Source of the DNA: Candidatus Micrarchaeota archaeon
GTDB lineage: Archaea; Micrarchaeota; Micrarchaeia; Anstonellales; Anstonellaceae
Direction of reading: 5' to 3'
Length of the DNA: 35,606 bases
NCBI GenBank assembly: GCA_964532715.1
Contig: CAZHIX010000002.1
Coordinates: 1 to 35,606, forward strand
In this document: positions 15,103 through 23,402 of the stretch, piece after piece
Numbering within the stretch: position 1 is the first letter of the stretch
Layout of the letters: each line of letters opens with the position of its first letter
The notes under the pieces: model-generated
What the model was told of the DNA's origin: nothing
The model's input: the letters and a program-made list of their open reading frames with translations, nothing else
Database searches by the model: none
Position numbers and translations under genes: made by a program

Positions 15103-16224
15103 TCACTGTTTTGTTTTATTCTCTGGTTTTTTTACTGCTATTCTCCATATGCGCGTTCGTCCCTGTCCTTTTCTCACTTCTTCACATTCTAAAATTCCAA
15201 TTGTGTTTAGCTTCTCTAAATGATTTCTTATCCCCCTTATTTTTTCTTGAGGTATTTTTAATTTATCATAAATCTGACCTGACTCAATAGGGGTTCTATT
15301 GTCACGCACGATCTGGATTATTTTTTTGTCAACATCTTCAAGTGCATTTTCTTTTCTTTGTGCAAGCGTATTCTCTGTTTGCACTGCGCGTTCTCTAACT
15401 GCTTGCACATGTTCAACTGTAATTTTTTTACACGACTGAGTTTGAGCTTTTTTTGCTGATGCCCAAAGCAAGTGTAGTGCAAGTCTCGCATCTCCTTGTG
15501 ATTTTGCGCCTATCCCTGCGCAAAGCCCTAATACGTCCTCGTCATATGCGTCATCAAATAATGCTATTTTTGCTCTTTGTCTAAGTATTTCTTTGAGCTG
15601 AGTAGGTGTGTATTGTTCAAAATAAATCGTGTGATTTGCAAGCACAGACCTGACGCGCGCATCAAGTTTTAATGTAATCTCCTTTTCATTTGTTATGGCA
15701 ATCAATGAACTTGATAACCCTATAGCTTCTTGTGATCTTGATAAATCGTAGAGAATTTTATCGTCTTGTGTTGAACTATCTAAGAGTCTATCTACTTCGT
15801 CAAGTATGATGATTGGGATTCTTTTTTCTCTTCTTCCAATCTCTGCGAGTCTTGCAACTATTTCATCAGTTGCAATTCCTCTTCGTGGAAGCATATCTCC
15901 AAGTTCAATCACAATCTTGTTCAATATCGCGTATCTTGTAGTTGTCTCCCAACAATTGATGTAAATCATAATTGGAGCGTTTGAAACTTCACATAACTGA
16001 GTAAGTAATAATTTGGATATCGTAGTTTTTCCAGTTCCCGGGGGTCCAACCAACAACATAGATTGAGGTGCGACTCCGCGTGTCGCCTCTTGCAAATACG
16101 ATGCCATGTCTTTCATCTGTCGTTCTCTTGTGGGCATTTCGTCTGGCATGAACTCAGGCCTTAGTGCATTTTCATTTTTGAATATATCGCTGTTTTTTTC
16201 CATCTGGCGAAAAATGTTTGCCAT
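15103..16224 (-). CDS. cdc6: Orc1/Cdc6 replication initiator (paralog 1)
   Basis: It has Walker A GPPGTGKTT, Walker B IIILDEVD, sensor regions and a C-terminal winged helix (RNHLEKLNTIGILECEE..GRTRIW). Confidence 0.9.
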   Translation of the reverse strand: MANIFRQMEKNSDIFKNENALRPEFMPDEMPTRERQMKDMASYLQEATRGVAPQSMLLVGPPGTGKTTISKLLLTQLCEVSNAPIMIYINCWETTTRYAILNKIVIELGDMLPRRGIATDEIVARLAEIGRREKRIPIIILDEVDRLLDSSTQDDKILYDLSRSQEAIGLSSSLIAITNEKEITLKLDARVRSVLANHTIYFEQYTPTQLKEILRQRAKIALFDDAYDEDVLGLCAGIGAKSQGDARLALHLLWASAKKAQTQSCKKITVEHVQAVRERAVQTENTLAQRKENALEDVDKKIIQIVRDNRTPIESGQIYDKLKIPQEKIRGIRNHLEKLNTIGILECEEVRKGQGRTRIWRIAVKKPENKTKQ

Positions 16225-16283
16225 TATGGTATTTACTCGTGTGTCTTTATCAATATTTAGTGTGTCTTTCTTTTGGTGTAATT

Positions 16284-16838
16284 ATGAGTCTTGTTGAGTC
16301 AAGTCAAAAATTAAAGCCAGGTCAAAAAGCTTTGAATTTTGAACTATTTGGGGTAGATGGAAAAATTCATCGCTTAGAAGATTATTCTGATGCAAATGCA
16401 TTAGTTGTAATATTTATGTGTAATCATTGTCCATATGTCCTTGCAAAAATTCAAACCATAAACAATATTTATGAACAATACAACAAACGAAAAGTTGCGT
16501 TTGTAGCTATAAATTCAAATAATCACCCAGATTATCCAGATGACTCTTTTGAAAACATGAAAAAGTTTGCAAAAGAAAACCACCTTAAATTCGATTACTT
16601 ATTTGACGACACTCAAAAAATTGCAAAAGATTACGGTGCAACATGTACTCCTGACGTATTCGTTTTTGATGCAGATTTTATTCTTGCTTATCATGGTCGT
16701 GTAGATGATGCACGCACTTTAGATGCAATGCCAACTACTCATGATTTGATGGATGTGCTTGATGCATTAAGTGTAGGTTCACTTCCAAGAAATGCGTTCT
16801 TGCCATCTATGGGGTGTTCTATAAAATGGCGGGATTAA
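16284..16838 (+). CDS. Thioredoxin-fold protein (AhpC/TSA, PRX_like1-type redoxin)
   Basis: The CNHCPYV redox motif is preceded by the LVVIFMC beta-strand. I take the ATG at 16284; the listed TTG at 16218 would overlap the cdc6 start region. Confidence 0.8.
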   Translation: MSLVESSQKLKPGQKALNFELFGVDGKIHRLEDYSDANALVVIFMCNHCPYVLAKIQTINNIYEQYNKRKVAFVAINSNNHPDYPDDSFENMKKFAKENHLKFDYLFDDTQKIAKDYGATCTPDVFVFDADFILAYHGRVDDARTLDAMPTTHDLMDVLDALSVGSLPRNAFLPSMGCSIKWRD

Positions 16839-17627
16839 ATGTCTAAGTTAAAAATTGTTTTTCTTGGAACAAATGGCTGGTATAGCACGAATGTTGCAAA
16901 CACTATATGCACTCTAATTGAGACTGATAATCGTTACATTGTTCTTGATGCAGGAGACGGGATACAACATTTGGATAAATATGTAACTGACAAAAATAAA
17001 CCAATAGATATCTTTTTATCTCATTTTCATTTAGATCACGTGTTTGGTCTTCACATACAACCAAAATTCAGATTTCTAAATAACAAAATAAGAATATTTT
17101 CACAAACCGGTGCAAAAAAAATTCTCAATACCCTTGTAAACAAACCATTTACAGCTTCTTTTTCAACTCTAAAATCAAAAGGATTTAATGTAGGTGTGCA
17201 TGAACTTGTGCTTGGAAAAAATGTGATTGATGACTACGTAGTCCATGCGCAACCGCTTGTGCACGCAGATTCTTGCTGGGGGTTTCGTTTTGAAATTGGT
17301 TTAAATACTCATCACGAAAAAATAATCTCTTATTGTACGGACACTGGTCCATGCGAAAACATAATCTCTCTTTCAAAAAACGCAGATGTGCTCATAACTG
17401 AGTGTTCACTTTTACCTACTGATTCTTTATCGCCTGATTGGCCACATATGACTCCTCAGCTAGGTGCAAAAAGTGCAAAAGATTCAAATGTAAAGCTTCT
17501 AATCTTTACTCATTTTGCGGCGCATAAATATACTTCTCTAAAATTGCGTGAAGATGCAAAATTGCATGCACAAAATATATTTGCAAATGTAATCTGTGCT
17601 CACGATGGTCTTGAATTATCAATCTAA
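16839..17627 (+). CDS. MBL-fold metallo-hydrolase (short RNase Z/ElaC-like)
   Basis: The HFHLDH motif, LDAGDG and a late H..D are present. Its start abuts the stop of the previous gene. Confidence 0.8.
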   Translation: MSKLKIVFLGTNGWYSTNVANTICTLIETDNRYIVLDAGDGIQHLDKYVTDKNKPIDIFLSHFHLDHVFGLHIQPKFRFLNNKIRIFSQTGAKKILNTLVNKPFTASFSTLKSKGFNVGVHELVLGKNVIDDYVVHAQPLVHADSCWGFRFEIGLNTHHEKIISYCTDTGPCENIISLSKNADVLITECSLLPTDSLSPDWPHMTPQLGAKSAKDSNVKLLIFTHFAAHKYTSLKLREDAKLHAQNIFANVICAHDGLELSI

Positions 17628-17701
17628 AAATTTTTTTGGCGTTTTATGTGTTTTGTATGTTAGTTTTTTGTTGTGATATGTTTTAATATATGTATTTACA
17701 T

Positions 17702-17710
17702 AATTTATAT
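17702..17710 (+). promoter_or_regulatory. TATA-like box AATTTATAT about 27 nt upstream of the ATG at 17737 (leaderless arrangement)
   Basis: Based on position and sequence only. Confidence 0.3.
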
Positions 17711-17736
17711 GTGCAACGTGTGCGCGGTGTATTATA

Positions 17737-18252
17737 ATGGTTAATCCAGTTGTGCTCTTAGTTGAAGATAATGAAAATTATCTAAACGTTTACTCACAAA
17801 TTCTTCGTTCAGGCTTGTGTGATGGGGTTCGTTGCGAAGTAATATGTGCAGTCGACGGTGTGGATGGTTTTGAAAAATTCTCTCAAAATATAAACGACAT
17901 TTCATTTGTAATCACAGATTTTAAAATGCCACGTTTAAACGGGGGCGAGCTTGCAAAAAAGATTCGCGATTTAGATCCTACGATGCATATAATACTTAAC
18001 AGTTCTACATTTGCTCCTCCAAGTAGATCTCATTTATTTTTTGCATCTACTCTCAAGGACAAAGAAAATTTCATCAGTGCCACTTCAATGCTCATACAAA
18101 TGTGGCAAACAAAATCAACTTTTTTTAGTGATTGTGCGCAAATTTCAAGGCAAGCCACTTGTGATCTGAATTCAAACAACAAAACCTCAAATCCAAAAAT
18201 TTCAGACAAATTTTTTTCAAATATAAGACGATTGCTTGTAACTAACCGCTAA
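17737..18252 (+). CDS. CheY-like response regulator receiver domain protein with a short uncharacterised C-terminal tail
   Basis: LLVEDNE acidic pocket, phospho-acceptor context VITDFKMPRLNG and ILNSS are present. There is no histidine kinase in the window. Confidence 0.75.
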   Translation: MVNPVVLLVEDNENYLNVYSQILRSGLCDGVRCEVICAVDGVDGFEKFSQNINDISFVITDFKMPRLNGGELAKKIRDLDPTMHIILNSSTFAPPSRSHLFFASTLKDKENFISATSMLIQMWQTKSTFFSDCAQISRQATCDLNSNNKTSNPKISDKFFSNIRRLLVTNR

Positions 18253-18356
18253 ATTCCTTGATTATTACCTCGTAAGTTATAGTTTGGTCTTATAAATATT
18301 GTTATGCATAATAGTCCCATGCGTTTTTCTTTTTTGTAACGCCGTGGTGATCAGCA

Positions 18357-18983
18357 ATGTACAACATATTAACAGTTCAAGACAGAGTTCGTTTGCCTGC
18401 ACAGAATTTCTCTATGGAACTTGTCGGTGGTCTAACTCAAATTTTACGTGAAAAATACGAGCGAAGAACCGATAAAGATTCTGGGATAGTTCTTTCTGTT
18501 TGGGATGTAAAACCCCTTGGAGATGGGATAGTCATTCCTTCTGATGGTGCGGCTCATTATGACGTTGAGTTCAATGTTCTTACTTATAGACCTCAAGTCA
18601 ACGAAGTGGTTGAAGCAAATGTTTCAGAAATTGTAGAATTTGGAGCATTTGTAGGTTTAGGTCCGATTGAGGGTCTTATTCATCTTTCTCAAATAACAAA
18701 TGATTTTCTAAACTATAACAAAAAATCTGCCGTATTTAGTGCAAAGGAATCTAAAAAAATGTTAAAAAAAGGCGATACGGTGTATGCAAAGATTACTACT
18801 GTGTCATTGAAGCCAACCTTGGCAGATACGAAAATTGGTCTATCAATGCGCCCTGCCGGTCTTGGGAAAGACGAGTGGATAGAAAAAGATGATAAACGTT
18901 TACAAGGTGGCGAGCCAGCAATGAAAGAGGAGAAAAAAGAGCACAAAGAAAAACCAAAAAAAACAAAAGAAAAAAGTGATTAG
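18357..18983 (+). CDS. rpoE: DNA-directed RNA polymerase subunit E' (Rpo7) with an S1 domain and a Lys/Glu-rich C-terminal tail
   Basis: The N-terminal Rpo7 fold block is V.LPAQNF....L...Y....D...G.V..V. The S1 block is EVVEANVSEIVEFGAFVGLGPIEGLIHLSQI. SD GGTGATC lies upstream. Confidence 0.9.
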   Translation: MYNILTVQDRVRLPAQNFSMELVGGLTQILREKYERRTDKDSGIVLSVWDVKPLGDGIVIPSDGAAHYDVEFNVLTYRPQVNEVVEANVSEIVEFGAFVGLGPIEGLIHLSQITNDFLNYNKKSAVFSAKESKKMLKKGDTVYAKITTVSLKPTLADTKIGLSMRPAGLGKDEWIEKDDKRLQGGEPAMKEEKKEHKEKPKKTKEKSD

Positions 18984-18991
18984 TGATTTTC

Positions 18992-19186
18992 ATGGTTAAA
19001 GTAGATAAGTCAACTCATAGAATTTATTCAGATGACGATCCATATCTTCAAAGTGAACAAGCAAAACAATCTGAGTTTTCAGATCGTTACAATTCGTCTG
19101 TATTAGTTTTTGATGCTGGACGATCAGAAATTGCACAAAAGATGGGTTTTACAACTCCTGGTCTTTATGCAATAAAAGTAAGGTGA
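18992..19186 (+). CDS. spt4: Spt4 / RNA polymerase subunit E''-like protein lacking the zinc ribbon cysteines
   Basis: It sits directly after rpoE'. The C-terminal block VLVFDAGRSEIAQKMGFTTPGLYAIKV matches the archaeal Spt4 signature (..D.EKSEIAKK.GI..PG.YA.KV). The translation contains no Cys. Confidence 0.7.
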   Translation: MVKVDKSTHRIYSDDDPYLQSEQAKQSEFSDRYNSSVLVFDAGRSEIAQKMGFTTPGLYAIKVR

Positions 19187-19191
19187 TATTT

Positions 19192-19494
19192 ATGGGCAAA
19201 CCAAGAGGCAGAAGTAGACTCGTAACTTGTGATTCATGTGGTAGAAGTGTTCCACGTGATAAAGCATTAGTTATAGATAGTATTACTGTTTATTCAACCG
19301 AATTTAAAGGGGATACTGAAGAGGAAAAATTAAATGACGTAAAAACCTCTCTAAGACGTGAAATGCATTATTGCATATCTTGCGGAAAGCATCGTCATCT
19401 TTTTGATAAAAAAGCAAAAATGCTTCAACGACAAAAAGATAGGTGGGGTAGTCAAGACAAGGAGGCAAATTGGGGTTCACGAGATCGTTTCTGA
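19192..19494 (+). CDS. rps26e: Ribosomal protein S26e
   Basis: It has a basic N-terminus, CDSCGRSVPRDKA, then YCISCGKH about 45 residues later, which is the S26e Cys4 spacing and PRDKA motif. SD AAGGTGAT lies 5 nt upstream of the ATG at 19192 and overlaps the spt4 stop. Confidence 0.75.
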   Translation: MGKPRGRSRLVTCDSCGRSVPRDKALVIDSITVYSTEFKGDTEEEKLNDVKTSLRREMHYCISCGKHRHLFDKKAKMLQRQKDRWGSQDKEANWGSRDRF

Positions 19495-19579
19495 AATTTA
19501 TTTATATTTTAATTTATATACTTGGACTCAAAACAACAAAAAATTGTTTTGATGTTTTGCGACAGTTAGGGGTGATCTG

Positions 19580-19873
19580 TTGGCTGAGAAAACGATAGTT
19601 TTTGATGGGCGGGAGTATAGGGGGATATGTTATGAGCTTGGAAACAAGCCATTGCTTATTCTAAAAGCTAAGAAAGGCTATGTTGCGTGTTCTTATCTTG
19701 ATCGCTCTTCTGCCGAAAATCTTGGGGATATTGCCGCGTTTGTTTGCGGAGTAGACTCGTTTGAGGATCTCTATACCTCCAAAATAAAAAATATGACTGC
19801 ATGGGCCGAAGAAATGGGCATACGAGAAGGTATGTCTGTTAAAAAAGCACTTGAACTCATGGATAAGTTCTGA
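19580..19873 (+). CDS. DUF1805 (YunC-like) domain protein
   Basis: It has a TTG start preceded by SD GGGGTGAT. The blocks G.CYELGNKPLLILKAKKGYVAC.YL....AE.LGD.AA.V.GV are typical of DUF1805. Confidence 0.65.
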   Translation: MAEKTIVFDGREYRGICYELGNKPLLILKAKKGYVACSYLDRSSAENLGDIAAFVCGVDSFEDLYTSKIKNMTAWAEEMGIREGMSVKKALELMDKF

Positions 19874-19900
19874 GGTAGTCGGACTATTTCGTCCTCTATT

Positions 19901-20491
19901 TCATCTTTTTTCTTCAAATATCCACTCAAGCGAATCTGTTTTATTCATAATCTCAAAGAGTTTTTTAGCTTCTTTAGTTCGCAAAATCTTTTTGGTATTA
20001 TCTATCCACGTCTGTGTTCTAAATCCTAAATCAAGATATTCTTTTGCTCTAAATGCGCATTCAAGTTTATCCGCATCTTTTAGATAATCAAAAATCCACT
20101 TTTTTTGTTCAAGATTCAAACAATTAGTCATGTCCTGTTTTATATCTTCTGGTAATTTTGAAATTTGTAGTTTTTCGCACTCTTTTTCGTGTGCATCTAT
20201 ATACTTTCTTGCTATTCTATGAATATCTCCAATTCTTGCCTCGTGCAAATCGTGAAAAAGTATAGCTTTTATCAGTATCCCTTCATCTTTCATACTCATA
20301 TTTGCCATTTTTGCAAGTATATATGCAAGGACTGCACTTCGATAAGAATGTTCTGCAACCGATTCACTTGGTGCGCACACCGTTCTCCAACCGCTCCTAT
20401 CTACGTTTTTTAAACTTCCAACTTCGTACAAAAATCGCACTAACGATTTTATCTCCTTATCACTATATGCTGTTTTTATCCCCATACACAT
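19901..20491 (-). CDS. HD-domain phosphohydrolase (YfbR-like 5'-nucleotidase family)
   Basis: ESVAEHSY, LFHDLHEARIGD and D..E motifs are present. It lies 12 nt downstream of cdc6 paralog 2 on the same strand. Confidence 0.8.
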   Translation of the reverse strand: MCMGIKTAYSDKEIKSLVRFLYEVGSLKNVDRSGWRTVCAPSESVAEHSYRSAVLAYILAKMANMSMKDEGILIKAILFHDLHEARIGDIHRIARKYIDAHEKECEKLQISKLPEDIKQDMTNCLNLEQKKWIFDYLKDADKLECAFRAKEYLDLGFRTQTWIDNTKKILRTKEAKKLFEIMNKTDSLEWIFEEKR

Positions 20492-20503
20492 TCTCTCACA
20501 ATT

Positions 20504-21760
20504 TCATCCCTGCTCAAGCTTTGTTTGTTGTATTGTGGGTGCGCAATATCCAATCAGTGCACCTAGAGCTTTTTGAGACATTATAATATCTTTCATTTGT
20601 TGTGGTTCATATCCCGGTTTTATCAATCTGGTGTGACCACGTAGGCCCCTTCCAGATTCAATAGTTGTAATAAGTCCAAGCATTTCTAAATCGTTTAGAT
20701 ACTCTCTATACCATCTTGCAGATCGCTTTGGTTTTTTGAATTGTCTGCATACTTTTGAATATTCTTCATAAACTTCTCCTGACATGAGACTTTTTTCAAT
20801 ATCTTGTCCGTCTGTAAGTTTTTTGTAACTTGAGCTTTTGAGCCATAAATTACAAACTGCAAGTAATACTAATTGTTGATGTGTAGGTAGCGTGGCTATA
20901 GTCTCAGCTGCTAAATCCACATCCACATTTCTTCTTGCCTGTTCAACCTCGCTGTCTGTAACTATCCCAATCTTTTTCTCATCAGCATATTCTCCTGCCT
21001 TTAATAGAAGCTTTAATGCATATCTTGCATCACCCGTTTCTGATGCCACTATGGCAGACGCTAAATTTATTGCAGACTCATGAACTGTCCCATCCTTGAA
21101 TCCTTCCATAGCTCTTTGTTCAAGTATCGCGCGCAACTGAATTGGCGTATAAGTTGCAAACGCCATCTCAGTTTCACATAATGACGATTTGCTTCTTGAA
21201 TCTAGCGCATCTTTAAACGATAATCTATTAGTTATACCTATAATTGTAACTGAACCTACCTTGAGCTCGTCGTTCATTCTGGTCAGCGTATACATTAATT
21301 CGTCTAAATCTTTTACCATATCAACTTCATCAAGTATAACTATAACTCTTCTTGGGATAGCGCCAAGATTATCTATATACTCAATCAATTTTTCATAAAA
21401 ATGTGAAAGCCCAAACCCAGTTTTATCAAGTTCTGGCAAATACTCCTTTGCAATTTTCTGTATGACTCTATATCTGGAATTATACATTCTGCAATTTACA
21501 TAAACTGGTGGCGATTCTGGTTTTTTTTGCACGTATTCTCGCATAACCATTCTTACTGTGCAAGTTTTTCCTGTCCCAGTTTTTCCATATATGAATAAGT
21601 TTCTAGGCCGTTCCCCATTTATTGCAGGCGCAACCGAAACCATAACTTTCTCAATCTCTTTATCTCTAAATGGTAAAACTTCAGGTACAAAATGTGGGGA
21701 CAGCACGTCTCGTTTTCTAAAAACCGTCGGAGAAGATAATATCTCATCAAATGAAGGCAT
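20504..21760 (-). CDS. cdc6: Orc1/Cdc6 replication initiator (paralog 2)
   Basis: It has Walker A GKTGTGKT, Walker B VIVILDEVD, GDARYALKLL (sensor 2) and a C-terminal winged helix (YLNDLEMLGLI..ESGRGLRGHTRLI). Confidence 0.9.
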   Translation of the reverse strand: MPSFDEILSSPTVFRKRDVLSPHFVPEVLPFRDKEIEKVMVSVAPAINGERPRNLFIYGKTGTGKTCTVRMVMREYVQKKPESPPVYVNCRMYNSRYRVIQKIAKEYLPELDKTGFGLSHFYEKLIEYIDNLGAIPRRVIVILDEVDMVKDLDELMYTLTRMNDELKVGSVTIIGITNRLSFKDALDSRSKSSLCETEMAFATYTPIQLRAILEQRAMEGFKDGTVHESAINLASAIVASETGDARYALKLLLKAGEYADEKKIGIVTDSEVEQARRNVDVDLAAETIATLPTHQQLVLLAVCNLWLKSSSYKKLTDGQDIEKSLMSGEVYEEYSKVCRQFKKPKRSARWYREYLNDLEMLGLITTIESGRGLRGHTRLIKPGYEPQQMKDIIMSQKALGALIGYCAPTIQQTKLEQG

Positions 21761-21880
21761 ACTTTTGATTAACTAATGCGAATTTGAAAAACGTTTGCCT
21801 CTTGCAAAGCTTTAAAAGAAGAAGCTGGTTAAACTCCTATCAGGTGGCATTTTTGCTTTAGAATTTTTAGAGGTGGAACG

Positions 21881-22255
21881 ATGGGCATTTTTGATGATTT
21901 GTCAAAGTCGCTTGGTATTTCAAAGGACAAGGACACTGACAACATAGAAGAATATATAGATTCAGTTGACATGGAAAGTGTAGATGTTCTTCACGAAGCT
22001 GCAGATTTCTATGTAAAACCAATATCTCTTGAATCTGAGTCAGACGTAAGTGTTGTAATAGATGAATTAAAGCAGAAAAACTTGGTTTTACTCAATGTAT
22101 CTGCAATGAAACGCAATACTGCGAAACTCAAAATGATTGTTGATAATATCAAGGCTCATGTGCACAAGATAAATGGAGATATTGCAAGAATTGATGAAGA
22201 TAAAATTTTGTTAACTCCAACAAAAGTAAAAATTGTAAAAACAAGAAAAAAATAA
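21881..22255 (+). CDS. sepF: Archaeal SepF-like cell division protein (DUF552)
   Basis: It is 124 aa. The block VKPISLESESDVSVVIDELKQKNLVLLNVS....N.AKLK..VD.IK......NGDIARIDEDKILLTP matches the SepF core. SD GAGGTGG lies upstream. Confidence 0.75.
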   Translation: MGIFDDLSKSLGISKDKDTDNIEEYIDSVDMESVDVLHEAADFYVKPISLESESDVSVVIDELKQKNLVLLNVSAMKRNTAKLKMIVDNIKAHVHKINGDIARIDEDKILLTPTKVKIVKTRKK

Positions 22256-22304
22256 TCGTTTTCTAATTCTTTTTTAATTTGTTTTTATCCTTTTATCTTT
22301 TGGT

Positions 22305-22910
22305 CTATGTGAAAAACATGTTTATTACTTTTTGAACATCTTTTTTTTCAATCAATATATATGTAGAATCCCATGCGGAAAATACTTCCATTATACTAAT
22401 AGATTGCTCATAAAATTTTGCAAGTATATGGAATAATACCCCTGGGGTTTCTTCAATATTTTTTGCATGTGCAAGCTCAATAAGCGTCAGACCCTCCTTA
22501 TAGTATATCGAATCTTTTTCATATTGTTTTAGTAAATTTCTCTCGGCTATACACACTTGTTTATCTGAATACGAAATAATATTTTTTGATTTAATCTCTT
22601 TTTTTATATCTGCAACTAAAACTGCATAACCTGAACGTATATTTATGGTTGTGGTTTGCACAATTTTCTTCGGCTCATTTGATGGGGGCAATATTTTGTG
22701 TGATTTTTGTAAAAATCTATACAATGCAACCATGACTGCATCTTGTGAGCGTTTGATGTTCGCATCTTGTTTTATTTTTCTTGCAAGTGACGATGTATTA
22801 ATTAATTTCTGATTCGCCAAATCCAAAAGATATGGTCTTTCATACATATATTCTTCAACAATTTTTGAAACTGAAACTGTCTTTTCATTTTTCTTCTGCA
22901 TTTTTATCAC
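22305..22910 (-). CDS. Hypothetical HTH-like/ACT-like protein, paralog of 9558-10316
   Basis: See 9558-10316. The start may be the internal MQKKNEK (22901). Confidence 0.6.
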   Translation of the reverse strand: MIKMQKKNEKTVSVSKIVEEYMYERPYLLDLANQKLINTSSLARKIKQDANIKRSQDAVMVALYRFLQKSHKILPPSNEPKKIVQTTTINIRSGYAVLVADIKKEIKSKNIISYSDKQVCIAERNLLKQYEKDSIYYKEGLTLIELAHAKNIEETPGVLFHILAKFYEQSISIMEVFSAWDSTYILIEKKDVQKVINMFFT

Positions 22911-23012
22911 ATGTAAGATTTCTTACACTTAATATATAAATTTTAGTAATATTTGTAAATTTATTTATAAACAAGTCAACACATCATTTTCTAATCAAAT
23001 GAGGTGTATAAT

Positions 23013-23363
23013 ATGAAAACTTTGAATGTAAAAAATAATCCAAACTCTGTTAATTCAGAACCACAAAATAGCGGATTTCTTGCAAGAAGAAACGATAAAT
23101 ATTCGCAAGAAGGACTAAAAGTAAAAGCATTGCACGTCTCTCGCCACAAACCAAAGTCGGAAACAATACAAACCAATGTTTCTCAATCCAAATATGGTGA
23201 TTATCGCTCTGATTTTATGGAAGCTACAAAAAACAATGGCGAGTATAAACTTCAGGTTAATAGCAAAAACAAAAAACCACAATCCCTTGCAGGAAAGGGT
23301 GCAGTTGCTCAATTTGAAATTTTTGGTGATAAGCAAATCAAGCAAATCTCAAATGATTCATAA
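23013..23363 (+). CDS. Small hypothetical basic protein
   Basis: SD GAGGTG lies 6 nt upstream of the ATG at 23013, and the listed GTG at 23004 lies inside the SD. No motif was recognised. Confidence 0.45.
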   Translation: MKTLNVKNNPNSVNSEPQNSGFLARRNDKYSQEGLKVKALHVSRHKPKSETIQTNVSQSKYGDYRSDFMEATKNNGEYKLQVNSKNKKPQSLAGKGAVAQFEIFGDKQIKQISNDS

Positions 23364-23402
23364 TTTGATTCTTTTAAATCAAATTGATTGGTGGTTTTGA
23401 AT

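Noticed and set aside
15038-15290. Small + strand ORFs (61 and 67 aa) at the 3' end of cdc6 paralog 1
   Set aside because: They overlap the cdc6 coding region antisense and give hydrophobic junk-like translations. The non-overlapping part is the convergent intergenic region containing hairpins.
21761-21880. A replication origin in the divergent region upstream of cdc6 paralog 2 and sepF
   Set aside because: The region is only 120 nt and has no repeated boxes, just a trivial 5-bp palindrome TTTGC-N4-GCAAA. It already has to hold two promoters and the sepF SD.
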